Source: Fimicolochytrium jonesii (taxonomy: Eukaryota). From it: a stretch of 64,000 bases of DNA. A model generated the notes under the pieces. That model was given only the letters and a program-made list of their open reading frames with translations, was not told the DNA's origin and did no database searches. Made by a program: the position numbers and the translations under genes. The first letter of the stretch is position 1. Every line of letters starts with the position of its first letter. Positions 14,176 to 27,492 of this stretch are shown one piece after another. The DNA is taken from assembly GCF_025526975.1 (NCBI RefSeq), contig NW_026515675.1, positions 558,001 through 622,000 on the forward strand, read 5' to 3'.

Positions 14176-14740
14176 CCAACGCAGTTGCAGCAGTGGCATC
14201 GTCCTTTTGATGTGTGAAAAGCACACCTTTTTTGAGGGGATTGTAAAGGCCGCGGGGGGTGTTAGATAGCCCGAGCATCACCAGATATCACGGCGATTGA
14301 GGCCGCTTTCCCGCAATTGCACATCTTTGTACAGCACATATTCAGTATCCACCCCACCCGTCGCCCATTCATTGTAGAAAGACCACCCTCCCACCGTCAC
14401 ACGCCACAACACACCCACTTTCTTTCACTTGTTTGAAGAAAATCCTGCATAAGGCAAAAGCTACAAAATATATACACATCTTAATTGAGGAACAAAGAAC
14501 GGAGGCTGTAAACATGTGGACTTTTTTCGGGGGGGGGGGGATCGTTGAGTGCATCATTATCCGTATTCGGTGCGTGAGTATACGATCAGCGCCAACGGCT
14601 CACAGAGTGGTTTCATTATTGCAAAATGGGGATATATTGGTGTATATCAGAAGGCCGATGGTCGATCGTCGACAGCACGAGTAACGAGACGATTTGGGGT
14701 GGTGCGTTGATTATGAGGAATTGCGAAGTGTGATCCTTTT

Positions 14741-16390
14741 TTACGCTCTTGTGCCGATGACGATTTCGAGGAACATGTCGTCTGCGCGTTGGAATATTAG
14801 ATACGACGCCATGCATTGCTGAGAAGCAGTTGCAAAAGGGACTTACGGCTCATGTTGACTTTTCATGTGAGTGATGGGTGAGGGAAGAAGGAAAAAGTTA
14901 GAATCCGGCATGACATCGTACACGCCGTATATGTGTAGTGCATACCCCAGCCGTCCTATTGAGAGAAAGAAGGGGGGCGAAATCAGTCTCAAAAGTTACA
15001 AGGACCAGAAGGCATGCAAATTATGACATACCCGATCCTGATCATAACTCTGGAACGCCTCCGACAAATTCTTAACCGTAACACATCCACAGATGAACGA
15101 ATCGAAAGTAATATCTACTGCGCCTGTTAAAATCACGATTCAACGCACTCTAAGGCACTTTTCCTTTTCTCTTTTCGCGCGGGCAACACACACAGACAAC
15201 GCACAGATACGCCGTATGTGTCATCTCACTCACGCGACCGACGTACCTTTCTTTGCAAACTTCTTGACGACCACGTCCACGACGCGGTCGGAGACGTTGA
15301 AGCCGAAGGCGGATAGGGCTTGGCGGAGCTCGGCGCGGTTGATGGTGCCGGAGTTATCTCGGTCGAATTGTTTGAAGATGCGTTTCCAGTCCTCTGTTTG
15401 GTTGTGCGAGGTGTGAGTACTGAGAATATCGAAGCGTGGCGGGGTTGGCATCTACTCTGATCGCTGAACTCACCGATGTATTTCCACAAACTCACAAACT
15501 CCTGGAAACTGATGCTGCCTGAGCCGTCGCGGTCAAACAGCGTCATCATCAATTGCACCGTTTCCAGCGAGAAAGGGGACCAATCGCCGTTGATGAGAGC
15601 CCGCTGGATCTCTTGAGGATTGCACTCGCCAGATCGGTCCGCATCTACCGCCACGAACCATGACCATAACTAAATATAACAGATGGGCACGGGTCAACCA
15701 ACAAACCATCCATCAACCCATCAACCACCAACCCATCAACCGACAACCATCATCCACTTCCAATCAACCATCAACCATCAACCATCATCAACTATCCATC
15801 AACGACCATCACCCATCAACAACCGATACCCTGCTCGCTCCGCTCGCGACGAGGATGTTGGGTGGAGATGGGCGGAGCGTAGCTCGCTTCGCTCGCCAAG
15901 GCCTTCGTGGACCTATCGGTCTCCCAGACCGAAGTAACCCTGCACCTCGCTTCGCTTGTTGCAGTACAACACCCACGCTCGCTTCGCTCGTGTCGGGGCT
16001 CGCTCTCGCTCGGGATCGCCCCGCTCGGAACGCACCTGAGGGTCAGCACCTGGAGGAGGCACCTGACTTGGCGGAGCTTGTTGAGAAACGCCGTAAGACT
16101 GCTGTCCATATGGTTGTTGTGGTTGGCCATAGGCCTGTTGTTGCGGCTGACCATAGGCCTGTTGTTGTTGTGGCTGACCATATTGGGGAGGCGGGGCAGC
16201 GCCGCCGTACTGTTGAGGAGCGCCGTATGTTTGTTGCTGCTGCTGTTGTTGTTGTTGTGGGGGCTTGTAACCTCCCTGGGCTGGAGCGCCATATGGTTGT
16301 TGGTATGCTGTTTAGGGTGGGCATGGGAGTGAGACGTTCTGGATGGCATCACGGATTGGGCCAGTCGCGATAGAGGGAGGTCTTACCCAT
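14741..16390 (-). CDS. PEF1: Penta-EF-hand protein (peflin/ALG-2 family) with Gly/Pro/Gln/Tyr-rich N-terminus; includes 10- and 12-nt micro-exons
   Basis: Starts ATGG|gtaag at 16390 (MAYQQPYGAPAQGG). Contains LWSWFVAVDADRSG, LINGDWSPFSLETV, FDRDGSGSISFQEFVSLWKYI and FDRDNSGTINRAELRQALSAFGF. Ends HDMFLEIVIGTRA* at 14741. Confidence 0.9.
15671..16036. repeat. Low-complexity intronic repeat: CCAT/CAAC microsatellite followed by repeated GCTCGCTTCGCTCG-like motifs
   Basis: Visible directly inside an unusually long (about 365 nt) peflin intron. Confidence 0.7.
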
Positions 16391-16761
16391 GTCTGAGCTA
16401 GATAGGTTGCTCTTGCCAAGTAAGACCTGATATGGCGGAAGCGACGGCGGGAGTGTGGGAATGTGAACCTTTTGTGGCGACTTGCAAGTTGCGAGGGAAA
16501 GGCGGGAGGAAGAACGGGGCAGGCGGGAAGCCTCTCATCCCAGACACGACACAGAGGACACCCGCCCGCTTCTGACAACCCGCTTGTGACGTGCGCCATG
16601 TGGCTTGGCTCTCCATTTGCGAATGCATTGATTGATTGACTGATTGACACTGCTTTCGGACGCCGTCTTTCCCGAAGCCCATGAAGGCCATCAAGGCCAG
16701 CAGCTTGTTGGAAGCCAACCACACACAGAGTCGTAAAGAACAACTTTCAGCAGCTGGAATC

Positions 16762-19230
16762 ATGCGCATTCTCAGCTGGAACGTCAACTCCATAAGGACC
16801 CTCAAGGTACCTTCCCAGACAGCACGCTTGAAATGCGGATGCGGATGATCTTCGACCCCTCACACCCTTCATATCCGTGCAGCAATACCACCCATGGAAC
16901 GAGTATAAGAGCTATAGCTCACTGATGGATACACTGGATGCCGGTGAGAGCTGCCTTTTCAGCACCTGAAGCAGGCTATATGTGATTCTACCCAACTAAC
17001 TTTAGCAACTCCTTCGTCCAGATATTGTGTGCTTCCAGGAAATGAAAATATCTCGGAGCAACACTGACTCCGACTTGGCGCTGATACCGGGCTACGACGC
17101 CTTCTTTACATATCCAAAGGTGGGGTGCGAATGCATTGATTTAGTGGCGGGCAAGAGTACCCTTACTAACGGTGGTGTTCAGCGACGACACGGATACTCA
17201 GGAGTCACAACATATGCACGCTCAAAGTATACCCCAGTCAACGCAGAGGAAGGCTTCACCGGCACACTGTGCAACCCTGCCACCTGCAAGGACCCGATCG
17301 GGAGCTACGGCGATATGCTGCAAGAGTTGACACCTGAGGAACTATTAGAGCTCGATAGTGAAGGACGGGTCATGATCACGGATCATCGACTGTTTGTTCT
17401 CATCAATGTGCGTCGAGATGCGAGTGACATTCTGAACGAACGTTCCGACATGCATTACGGGTTTCGAACTGAACTCTCGGCATTCTTAGGCTTATTTCCC
17501 GGTGACGGATCCAGAGCGTGTGGAATTCAGGGCCAGGTCAGGAAGAACACATTGCGAGAGGGCCCGTCGTTGTGATCGCCCTTATTCACGTTCTGTATCG
17601 CAACTCAGAGCAGATTCTATGGAGCAATGAAACACCGAATCGAAGCGCTCCTCGCCGCCGGTCGGGAAGTCATACTTGTTGGCGATGTGAGTGTGTGATG
17701 GTATGAAGGTCGCTGGGGACTCTTTTCCCCCTTCTAACTATCATCTCGAACGGTAGATCAACGCCTGCTATAGTCCCATGGATCACTGTGACCCGAAAAA
17801 AAGTCTCCGAGAGAATGGAATCACTGAATTCCACGATACCCCCACTCGGCGATGGCTCTACGATTTCTTACATCCTAGAGGTCCACTGTACGATACATTC
17901 AGGGTGTTTCATCCGACACAGGAAAAGGCATTTACTTGCTGGAACACCTTACTGAATGCGAGGTAGGCGACTGGCTTCTGTAAAGAGCCCGAACGAAGTG
18001 CGAAGCCTAAAACGTTCCGTTTCATAGACCAGTCAACTACGGTTCGTGTAGCCGGCCGCTTGAGCGCCATAGATCGTTGCATTTCTAACACGGCAATGTC
18101 ACCTAGGAACTCGAATCGACTTCATCCTCTGCAGCAAAGGCGTTCTCCCATGGATCAAAGACAGCACAGTCGAAGCCACCATAATGGGCAGCGACCACTG
18201 CCCCGTCGCCTGCGTCCTCTACGACACTCACCCGACCACCGGCCAGTCACTAGCGGAAGCGATGAACCCGCCGGGTTGGACGGGGGAACGAGTCAGGGAG
18301 CCGGTCAAGCTTTGTGTGAAGTACTGGGACGAGTTTTCGGGGAGGCAGCAGAAGTTGAGCAGTTTTTTTGTGAAGAAGGGGGCTGGGGGGGTGGTGGAGG
18401 CGGCTGCGGGAAAGGCTGGAGTTGTGGAGACCTTTACAAAGGTCGAGTCATCCAATAGGGATGATGTGGCGAACGGCGATGTGGGTGCGGTCGGTGCGAA
18501 TGTGGTCGCTGCGCAAGAAGTTGCATGGAACGCATCAAAGGACTCAACACTTGGCCCGAAACCACCGATCACACTAGCGAGGAAGGTTCCCCGTCCGGAC
18601 AAGAAACCTACCCCACCAACAAGATCAGGGTCATACAAACCAATACCAAAAGGCCAAAAGACCATCGGATCCTTCTTCGCACCCCGCTCCACGCCCTCAA
18701 TACCACCACCACCAGAACCGGACGTCGCACCACCTTCTCAAGGCGCGGACCCCACATCCTCACAACCCTTCTCACAATCCCAGCTGTCAACAGACACGGA
18801 CGTCACATGCTATTCCTCCCCCGTCGACAGCCAAACCGACAGCCAACCCGACTCTCTCTCCCTCCTCGCAACCCCTGAAGCCGCAACCCAATGGCGCGCT
18901 CTCCTCAACCCCAAAGCCCCACCCACCTGCTACCACAACGAGCCCACGAAGCAATGGAAGGTCAATAAACCGGGACCTAACCACGGGCGCGCGTTTTATT
19001 TGTGTCAGAGGCCGATTGGTGCGGAGGTGGAGCCGGTTGTTGGGGCGGGGGATGAGGAGGAGGAGAGGGGGACAGGTCAGGAGAAGGATCCGAAGGTGGT
19101 GTGGAGGAGTAGGAAGAAGGTGGGGGAGCATCGATGTGATTTTTTTCAGTGGAAGAATCCGCCCAAGAGGAGTGGGAGAGGGGCGGTGGGTGAGGGGGAG
19201 GCGCCGGCGGCGAAAAAGTTTAAGCGGTAG
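16762..19230 (+). CDS. APN2: AP endonuclease 2 (ExoIII family) with PIP-box-like motifs and C-terminal GRF zinc finger (multi-exon)
   Basis: MRILSWNVNSIR, DIVCFQEMK, GYSGVTTY, LDSEGRV, FTCWNTLLNARPVNYGTRIDFIL, GSDHCPV, QKLSSFF and CYHNEP...VNKPGPNHGRAFYLCQRP...CDFFQW. Confidence 0.95.
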
Positions 19231-19516
19231 GGTTGAACGGTGGTGATGGGCTCCTGTTTAGATAGTTAGTAGCCTTTGGGACACAGCGGGTGTCGGGCGT
19301 GAATAGTCTCAGCTCCTGTATATGCACAGCCATGTCAGACGGTATTTTTAATAGCGGCCATGTCTAGATTCCGTAAAAACAATGTATATTCATCATACTA
19401 CTGATATTCTCTCGAAAGACAATCCGAGAACCATACATCCAAACACTACGAAATACAGATAACACAGAACGCCGCCCCACCTTAATAGGGCCATGCAAGA
19501 GATCTCTATACGACTA

Positions 19517-20989
19517 TCACTCAACCTTCTTAATTCCCGCCGCCTCCTCGAATCCAATAACGTGACTATGCAACTTCTCGCGCCGCTCATGCAGGGCTAA
19601 TCGCTGGCGGTCCAGATGCTGTTTGTGATTGCCGAGGCCCGTGAGCACGTCGGTGTAGAATGTGTCTTCTCCCCTGAAAATATGAAGGGATAAGTTGTGC
19701 ACATTGGAGGATATCGCAGGTGGAGGACAGTACAGACTCTAGGTTTTTCTGGAAGTCTGCGAGTTTTTTGGTGATGCGTACGGAAAGGTCTGTGAATTTC
19801 GAGCGGAGTTCAGAAGATGGATATGAATCAAGAGAGATGTACATATCCTGACCTCTAACCCTAAGCTTGATCTGCTCCGTCGTCCAACTATCAAAACGGG
19901 TCTCCTCCAAAGGCTGGCCCAACGAGGTGCTGGAAATCTGACCGTCGCCCATGGAATTCTGTGTCGCTCCCATTTCGGCGAAGGTAAGAGACGATTGCTG
20001 GTAAGATGATTGCTGGTTACTAGACGGCTCGTCTCCGGTGTGAGGGAGATGTTGACGACGCGAATGTACCGCGTGGGAATCATGAGGTTGAGTATCCTCG
20101 TGAACGTAGCTGAGGTGCTCTTCGTCTGGCAAGTTATCTGCGAGGAGATATGCGTAAGAGATCATGGCAACTTTAGGATGCAAGCGATAAGCGGAGTAGG
20201 TGCAGAGCCACAGCCACTCCTCACAACCTCCAATTACGACTTCGACGCTGGCTCTCCTCGATTCGCGGTAGTGCACGCTGTCGCCTTAGCAAGTGAATAG
20301 GTAAGAGACCCATAAAAATTGTAAGGAAAGCCCATGTTTTGCAGATCGCAAATCAGTTTACCGGGAAGTGGTGGTTCAGCCATAATCTGAACTGCACGAG
20401 CCCGGCTTTCATGAGGCGGGGAGAACCAAGAGTCGGCATTCGATGCCATCATGGGCGAAGTATGCATGCCCCCCTAAAGATCGATCAACATTGACACTTG
20501 AGCGCCACCCGCGAACCCGAAAGGAGCCTTTCCACCTACTTCATCGATCATCAAGGCTGGTAGGCCAAATGACTGGGTCCGGTTCTTCGTTTGGGTAGGC
20601 GTAGCCACGTGTGGCCTTATAGGCGCAGGGGGCTCAAGTCCATGTCGGACCCTCTTACTGCCCACGTCCTGAGCGCTCCACGACCTCGATCTTTTGGCTT
20701 GACTAACAACTTCCATGCTGTTCATCCCAGGGCGCGGCGAAGCTCCACTGTTTTCCTGCGAGGAGCGAACCACAGACTCTTCCAACGCTGTTTTCTTGTT
20801 CCTGGGCTGGCTGTACGGGTTGAATAAGCTCGCATTGGCGGCGATTGGTGGTGTATGTGGGGGACTGGGTTCGTTTGGTGCGCGGAAACGATCGAGGTTC
20901 TGCAAGCCGACAGGGAATTTCAAGCTGGCGGAGCGTGTAGAAGCGGGCGCCGACGGGACCTTGAAGGAAGATGTGTCTGGCTGGGACAT
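19517..20989 (-). CDS. Multi-exon protein with disordered N-terminus and C-terminal helical domain, possibly ECM11-like
   Basis: Spliceable ORF pieces run from MSQPDTSSFKVP to FDSWTTEQIKLRG...ELRSKFTDLSVRITKKL...FYTDVLTGLGNHKQHLDRQRLALHERREKL. The family assignment is by resemblance only. Confidence 0.5.
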
Positions 20990-21271
20990 GATTGCGGGAC
21001 ACTTCCGATTTTCTGGCTGGTGGGAACATGCCAATCTCCAAGATGGTGATGAGAGTTCGAACGCTGCTGAGCTTCGGAATCACAGCGTGCTCTGCATCAC
21101 GTGGCTGCGCGCCAAATTAAATGTCCCACATTCGTGTATGGATCCGACCTGATCTGAGACGGCGCTCTGTCCGACCGACATTGCGCCGACGATCAACCAC
21201 CACGATTACTCTTCGCCCGCCACCTGTTTCTCCCGTCTGGCGACTTCTCAAAAGCTCTGTTTCGACTAACC

Positions 21272-22763
21272 ATGAACGGCCACAACGTAAGAATTCGCCA
21301 CCACCCGTGATCTTCACCTCGCGTGTCAGAGTTGCTCACTTCCTTCGTTCGCAGGACGAGACTCTTGTGAAACCCGAGCGTCGGGCGTCGCGCTCAGTAT
21401 CCCGCTCTCGTTCTCGCTCACGCTCCCGTAGCCCCCGCAAATCAAGCAGCCGTCGTAGAAGCTACTCTCGATCTGTCTCCAGGGACAGGCATTCGTCAAG
21501 GAGAAGGTAAGCTGACATATACCACGTTTGGGATATTGGGGGAGGCCTGTCGGTATGGAAATGGATGCGTAGGGAGGGTTGGAGTTCACCTGAAGGCGGA
21601 GGCGGAACCCCCTGGGGAATAGCGAACCCGCGCATTGCTTGATGGTTCTCTCGTCTTCTGGTATTCTGGTCTGAAAAGTGTCTTTGGCATGAAAAAGGGA
21701 AGGAAAGATGTCAAGGCCGTAAAGTTTCATAAGGTCTTGCCAAGCAGACACGAAGCACGCCATTGAAGAGAAGTTGCGAGTGACGACGAAGAAGAAGACC
21801 AGGTGTCCATGGGAAGAGAAACTGGGCGGATCATGACAAGATTTCGGAAGACGCCCGCCTCCCCCTGCCGAATCAATGGCCTTATCATATCCTGAAGAAA
21901 TGTCGAAGTGTCTGAAACTGATTTCTTTCGCCATCTATGTCCTTCTTCGATACGTCTCTCAAGGTTCGGTCGGTGAGTAGACGCGGACCCTTTTCATTTC
22001 TCTTGTGTCGTTACTGAAAAGCTCGATTCTTTATTTTGTCGTAGATCTCGGTCGCGCTCGCCCTCTCCTCGGCGTGGTGGACCTCCTCCTCGACGTGGTG
22101 GTCCTCGAGCAGGCCAACCGGAGCCGGAGCCCAGCAAAGTTCTTGGCGTTTTTGGATTGAGCGTCCGCACGACTGAACAGGATTTGGAAGAGGTATTCTC
22201 CAAATATGGCGAGCTGGAACGTATTACTGTCATTTATGATAAGCCTGCGCATAGCGAGGACAGAGGCGTAAGTTGTGATCCTTATCGGCATTTGTATGAC
22301 ATGAACGTTCGCGGATCAAGGTCTGACTCGATTACATAGCCCACCAGATCTCGTGGGTTTGGCTTCATCACCTTTGCCAAACAGGAAGCCGCCACTGCCG
22401 CGCGCGAGGCGCTCAATGGCATTGTAAGTGAACGGCCCTTGGCATTTTACTTCATCGTGGATGACATCTCACACTGTACATGTACAGGAATTGCAAGAAC
22501 GTCAGATTCGTGTTGACTATTCTTTGACCAAGCGTGCGCATTCCCCCACTCCTGGTCGTTACATGGGCCGCGAGACGCGGGACGAGCGCCGAGGATACCG
22601 CGGTGGCGGTGGTGGCTTTGGTGGAGGGTACGATCGCGGAGGATATGACCGTGGGGGCTACAGGCGGGACTACGACCACCACAGTCGAGGCAGGGAGCGC
22701 TCTTACTCGCCTCCTCATCATTCATCGTCTCGCCGCCGTAGCCCAACCTACGACCGCCCTTGA
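21272..22763 (+). CDS. TRA2: Transformer-2 family SR-like splicing factor (RS-RRM-RS)
   Basis: MNGHN|DETL...RS repeats...[27 protein letters not shown]...[10 protein letters not shown]...[23 protein letters not shown]. The post-RRM TKRxHxPTPG motif is characteristic of Tra2. Confidence 0.9.
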
Positions 22764-23272
22764 GCTGTTGATTTGATTTGCATCAACCTTGGTGTTGGGC
22801 GTTCGATTTTTCATTCTTGTGCACCGGCCCGGCGATATGGGGGGTGGATTTCTCCACCGTTTTGGGATGGGAGTAGTCTAGGATATCATACGTTCGCCCC
22901 ATGATTCACACACCTTATTCTGGGACAAACTGCGTAGTGTAACATACAAAAACATACAAAAAACATGTGCTTATTGGTTTTTCTTTCAATTTTGCTCTGC
23001 GAAAGTCCAACTCCATGCTAGAGCGCAGGTGGGAACTGGGGAAGTCGGGAAAAGGTGGACGCGACTCGCTTCAGCGTTGACTCGGAGTGGGGATTCTGGG
23101 GAAGGCAAGACCTTCGGCTCGAAACCCACCACCCTTTTTGCATATAAATACAGTAGACCCTGTGGCGCGGAACCGAACCAGATCAACGTTCGGCCGCATA
23201 TCAAACGTTGTCTTTGTTGACTGGATATCATACTTGCACCTTCAGCAAACGCACTCGCCGGCCCGATCAGCC

Positions 23273-26200
23273 ATGGGGTAGGCACTGAAACAGCGAGAGT
23301 CAGCTCCACCCTACCATCACTAATCTTTCCTATCTTGATATCCACAGTGTCCCGGCCCTCTTCCGCTGGCTCTCGCAGAAGTATCCCAAAATTACTTCCC
23401 CCGTAGTTGAAGAGCAACCGCGTGAGATCAACGGCCATGTCATCCCCGTCGACCTCTCGAAGCCCAACCCCAACGAGGAGGAGTTTGACAATCTCTACCT
23501 CGATATGAACGGTATCATCCACCCCTGTTGTCATCCGGAAGGCAAGCCGGCGCCGACCTCGGAGGAAGAGATGTTTGTTGAGATCTTCAAGTACATTGAC
23601 CGTATCATGGGCATGATCCGGCCGAGGAAGGTGCTCTACATGGCCATTGACGGAGTTGCTCCGCGAGCGAAGATGAACCAACAGCGATCGCGACGGTTCC
23701 GCGCCGCCCAGGAAGCGCAGATATTGATTGAGGAGGAGGAGAAGATCCGACGGGAATGGGAAGCCGCGGGAGATGTCTTTCCGGAGAAGGATAAGAAAGA
23801 TCATTTCGATTCCAATTGCATTACGCCGGGAACTCCTTTCATGAGCAATCTGGCGACCGCATTGAGATACTACGTGGCTGATCGGTTACATACCAACCCG
23901 GGATGGCGAAATCTGAAAGTCATTATATCGGATGCTAGTGTGCCCGGTGAAGGCGAACATAAAATCATGGACTACATTCGACGTCAGCGGTCACAAACAG
24001 GATATGATCCCTTCACGCATCATGTCCTGTATGGTCTGGATGCGGATCTTATCATGCTGGCGTTGGCGACCCACGAACCATACTTCAAGATTCTCCGAGA
24101 AGACGTCTTCTTCAAGGACAACAACAACAAAGGTTGTTTCATCTGTGGGCAGTCTGGACATCAAGCAGCGGAGTGCACTGGTACGTTTACTATATCGTTG
24201 GGTTACTCCAATTCTGGGACATGTAACTCACTCGGCCCCACAGGAAAGAAGATGGAGAAGATTGGGGAGTTCGGGGAGAAAAGCACCGGAACGCCGTCAG
24301 ATGAGAAGCCGTTCATTTTGCTTCATGTTAGTGTTCTGCGCGAGTACCTCGAAATAGAATTGAAGGTCACGGATCTTCCGTTCCAATGGAGTCTTGAGCG
24401 GGCCATTGACGATTGGGTGTTCCTCTGCTTCTTCGTTGGGAATGATTTTTTGCCACATTTGCCATCACTGGAAATCCGAGAGGGGGCGATTGACAAACTG
24501 ATCGAGCTGTGGAAGAAGAATCTGTTGCATTGGGGCGGCTACCTTACCGATAGTGGCGAGATCGCCCTGGATCGGGTTCATGCCATGATGGCGGACCTTG
24601 GGAAGGTAGAGGATGAGATCTTCAGGGAGAGAAAGAAATCTGAGGAACGGCGTAAGGATGCTCAGGACCGTAGGAAACGAGAGCAGGCCGATAGGGATCA
24701 GGTCAAAAGCAGCGGTTACGATATGCTCGAGCGCAATAATAGCCACGTGGAAGGTGGCATTGCGGATTTCATGAATGCTGCGATTCCTCCTTCCGTCAAG
24801 ACGCCCGTCAAAAAGCCAGTGATTCCAACTGCCGACGTCAACAAAGCTGCCGCGAATGCTCTCAAAGCTTCGCTGAGGGCGAAAGCGGAAATACAAACGT
24901 CTCCGACGCATGGCACTAAACGCAAAGATCCCGAACCGGAAAACGGAGAGGCTGTCGCAGAAACAGCACCCGTTGAGGACTTGGAGCCAATATCAGACGG
25001 TGAAGACGAAGTTGAACCCGATATTCCTGAGGAAGAGATTGAGGAGACTATGACCGTCGCCGACGTACCCATTCGCCATCTTCCTGTAGTCAAGAAGGCG
25101 GAAGACGACGAGCCTTACGATGACGTGAGGTTGTGGGAATCAGGTTGGAAGCAACGGTACTATCTGAACAAGTTCAAAGTGGAGCCAACCGACGTGGGGT
25201 TCCGCCGCAGGTAAGCAGTTTCGCAAAAGGCATTGACATGAGATTGTTCTGATGTGGCTCTCCTCGACTAGTCTTGTCACATCCTACGTTGAAGGGCTGT
25301 GTTGGGTTTTGAAGTATTATTATCAAGGCGTCCAGTCATGGAAGTGGTTCTTCCCTTACCATTACGCTCCCTTCGCCTCTGACTTCGACTTCATCGATGA
25401 GCTTCACATCACCTTCGAGCTAGGCATCCCGTTCAAGCCCGTTGAGCAGCTCATGGGTGTACTCCCCGCTTTCAGTAAACAGCATATCCCGGCACCCTTC
25501 CGCCCCCTGATGACGGATCCCGAGTCGCCCATCATTGACTTCTACCCGGAGAAGTTCCCCATTGACCTTAATGGAAAGAAGTTTGCTTGGCAAGGTGTTG
25601 CCTTGCTCCCTTTCATTGAGCAAGACCGGTTATTGGAAGCTATGAGCACTCGGTATCACTTGCTGACTGAAGAGGAGGTTATTCGGAATACGAAGGGAGA
25701 GGAAGCCGTTGTTGTTGGCGGTGGTAACAAGCTTTATGAGCCATTCTGTACATTGTATGGACGGCAGACTGACGACGGGGTGAGTGTTCTTGTCATCCGC
25801 AGTTTTTGGTCATCTGCTAGTTTGACGGTGATGTACTAACCCGAAAAACGACTTTCAGCCAATGCCCATTGACCCCAAGAAAAGCCAAAAGTTCTTCGGC
25901 TCGGTATTACCGGACCCCCAAGCGTGTCTACCAGGAAGCACCTACGAGTCCCCACTCGTTGAATATGGCATGCCCGACATCAAGAACAACAAGTCTATAA
26001 GTGTTCTGTACTTCATGCCGGAGTTTGCCCCGGGGCACATCTTCAAAGCGGACCTACTGCCGAATGTGCAGATGCCTCGTCAAATCTTGACTGCCGATGA
26101 CGCTTACGCTGTGAGGATGGGCTATAACAGTCGCGGAAGAGGTCGTGGGAGGGGTCGTGGTCGTGGTGGGGGTCGTGGGACTGCAGATCGATTCATCAGG

Positions 26201-26985
26201 TATGCCGGTGACCAATAATTTGGTATTCCGCCTATTTCTTCCCTGCGTGCTGACAAAGGCAGTTTTCACAGACATGGAGTTGGCGGTGGACGAGATGACT
26301 CGCGCGACCATAACCGGCAAGATGACAGGGGCTCGGGCGGGTACGGACACGATTCCAAAAGGCCGCGTTATGACAATCGGTCACATGACCTACCATACAT
26401 GGGTATGTGCGCGGGATTGAGTTCATTTTTTTCGAACGGGTGACTAACTGCTGCTTTACAGGCGGAGGTGGTTACGAACGATACAACTCGGGGAGCAACT
26501 ACGAACAATCGGGCGGAAGTTATCAGTCGGTGAGTTGAATGACATCTTTTTGCTGGCAGTATCAAAAACCAACCGGCTCCCAACAGTATGGTGGTGGCTA
26601 CACTCCTAACACATATGGGAACCAGCCAGGCGGCTATCAGCAAGGCGGTAGCTACGGTGGTAGTTATCAGCAAGGAGGTGGCGGTTATCAAAGCTCAAGA
26701 GGAGGCGGCGGCTACTATCAAGGAGGAGGAGGGTACCAGGGCGGGAACCAAGGAGGTTACAACTCGTCAGGAGGAGGTTACGGAGGCGGCTACAGCAATT
26801 CACAGTACTCAAGAGATGGGGGACCTCCAGGCGCTGCGTCTGGTCAACAGGGCGGATACGGTAATAATTACGCTCCCGCGCCCCCGAACTTGGCATGGAA
26901 TAGGAACGTGTCTGCCGGTCGCGGGTCGTCGTCATCCCCTGCACAGCGAGGGAGAGGTGGCGGCAGGGGTGGTAGTTATAGATGA
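23273..26985 (+). CDS. XRN2: 5'-3' exoribonuclease 2 (Rat1/Xrn2) with zinc knuckle and RGG/Gly-rich tail (multi-exon)
   Basis: [84 protein letters not shown] and [14 protein letters not shown]. Confidence 0.97.
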
Positions 26986-27492
26986 GCAGTAGCCCTGTAG
27001 AATGTGTTATTGTTTTCCGTTCCCTGATTGGGTTCGGTGTGTTTGATTTCCGGTGAATTTATTCGCCGCCGCTGTGAACCAGGAAAAAATGTAGCAACCT
27101 GTGCAACAACCATGATACTGTACGTACGTTGAACATCGTGTCGGATTCTGTAAACCAGTGCCTGGGAAGGCGTTTCTGTCAAAAAAGCTGTCATCGGAAA
27201 ATGACAGCACCTCTCGCCAAGACCGGAAATGGGCCAGAAACACAAGCATAACCTGTAGTACTTTTCCTTTCTTACGCGTCATGGGGGAAAGGTGTGTTGA
27301 CCGTTAGCGGCCGACTTCGCCCACACAGGGCTTCAAACTCACACCCTCGGGGCATGGAAGATCTAACAACAGCGCGAGCCCTTAAAAGCCCGGGATTACA
27401 TTCTTCCTTCCTCTATAATCTTCCATCCCGCACGCAGCTTAGTCCCAAACACAAATCGAGACACTTAGCATCCGAATTCCTTATTTTCAATC

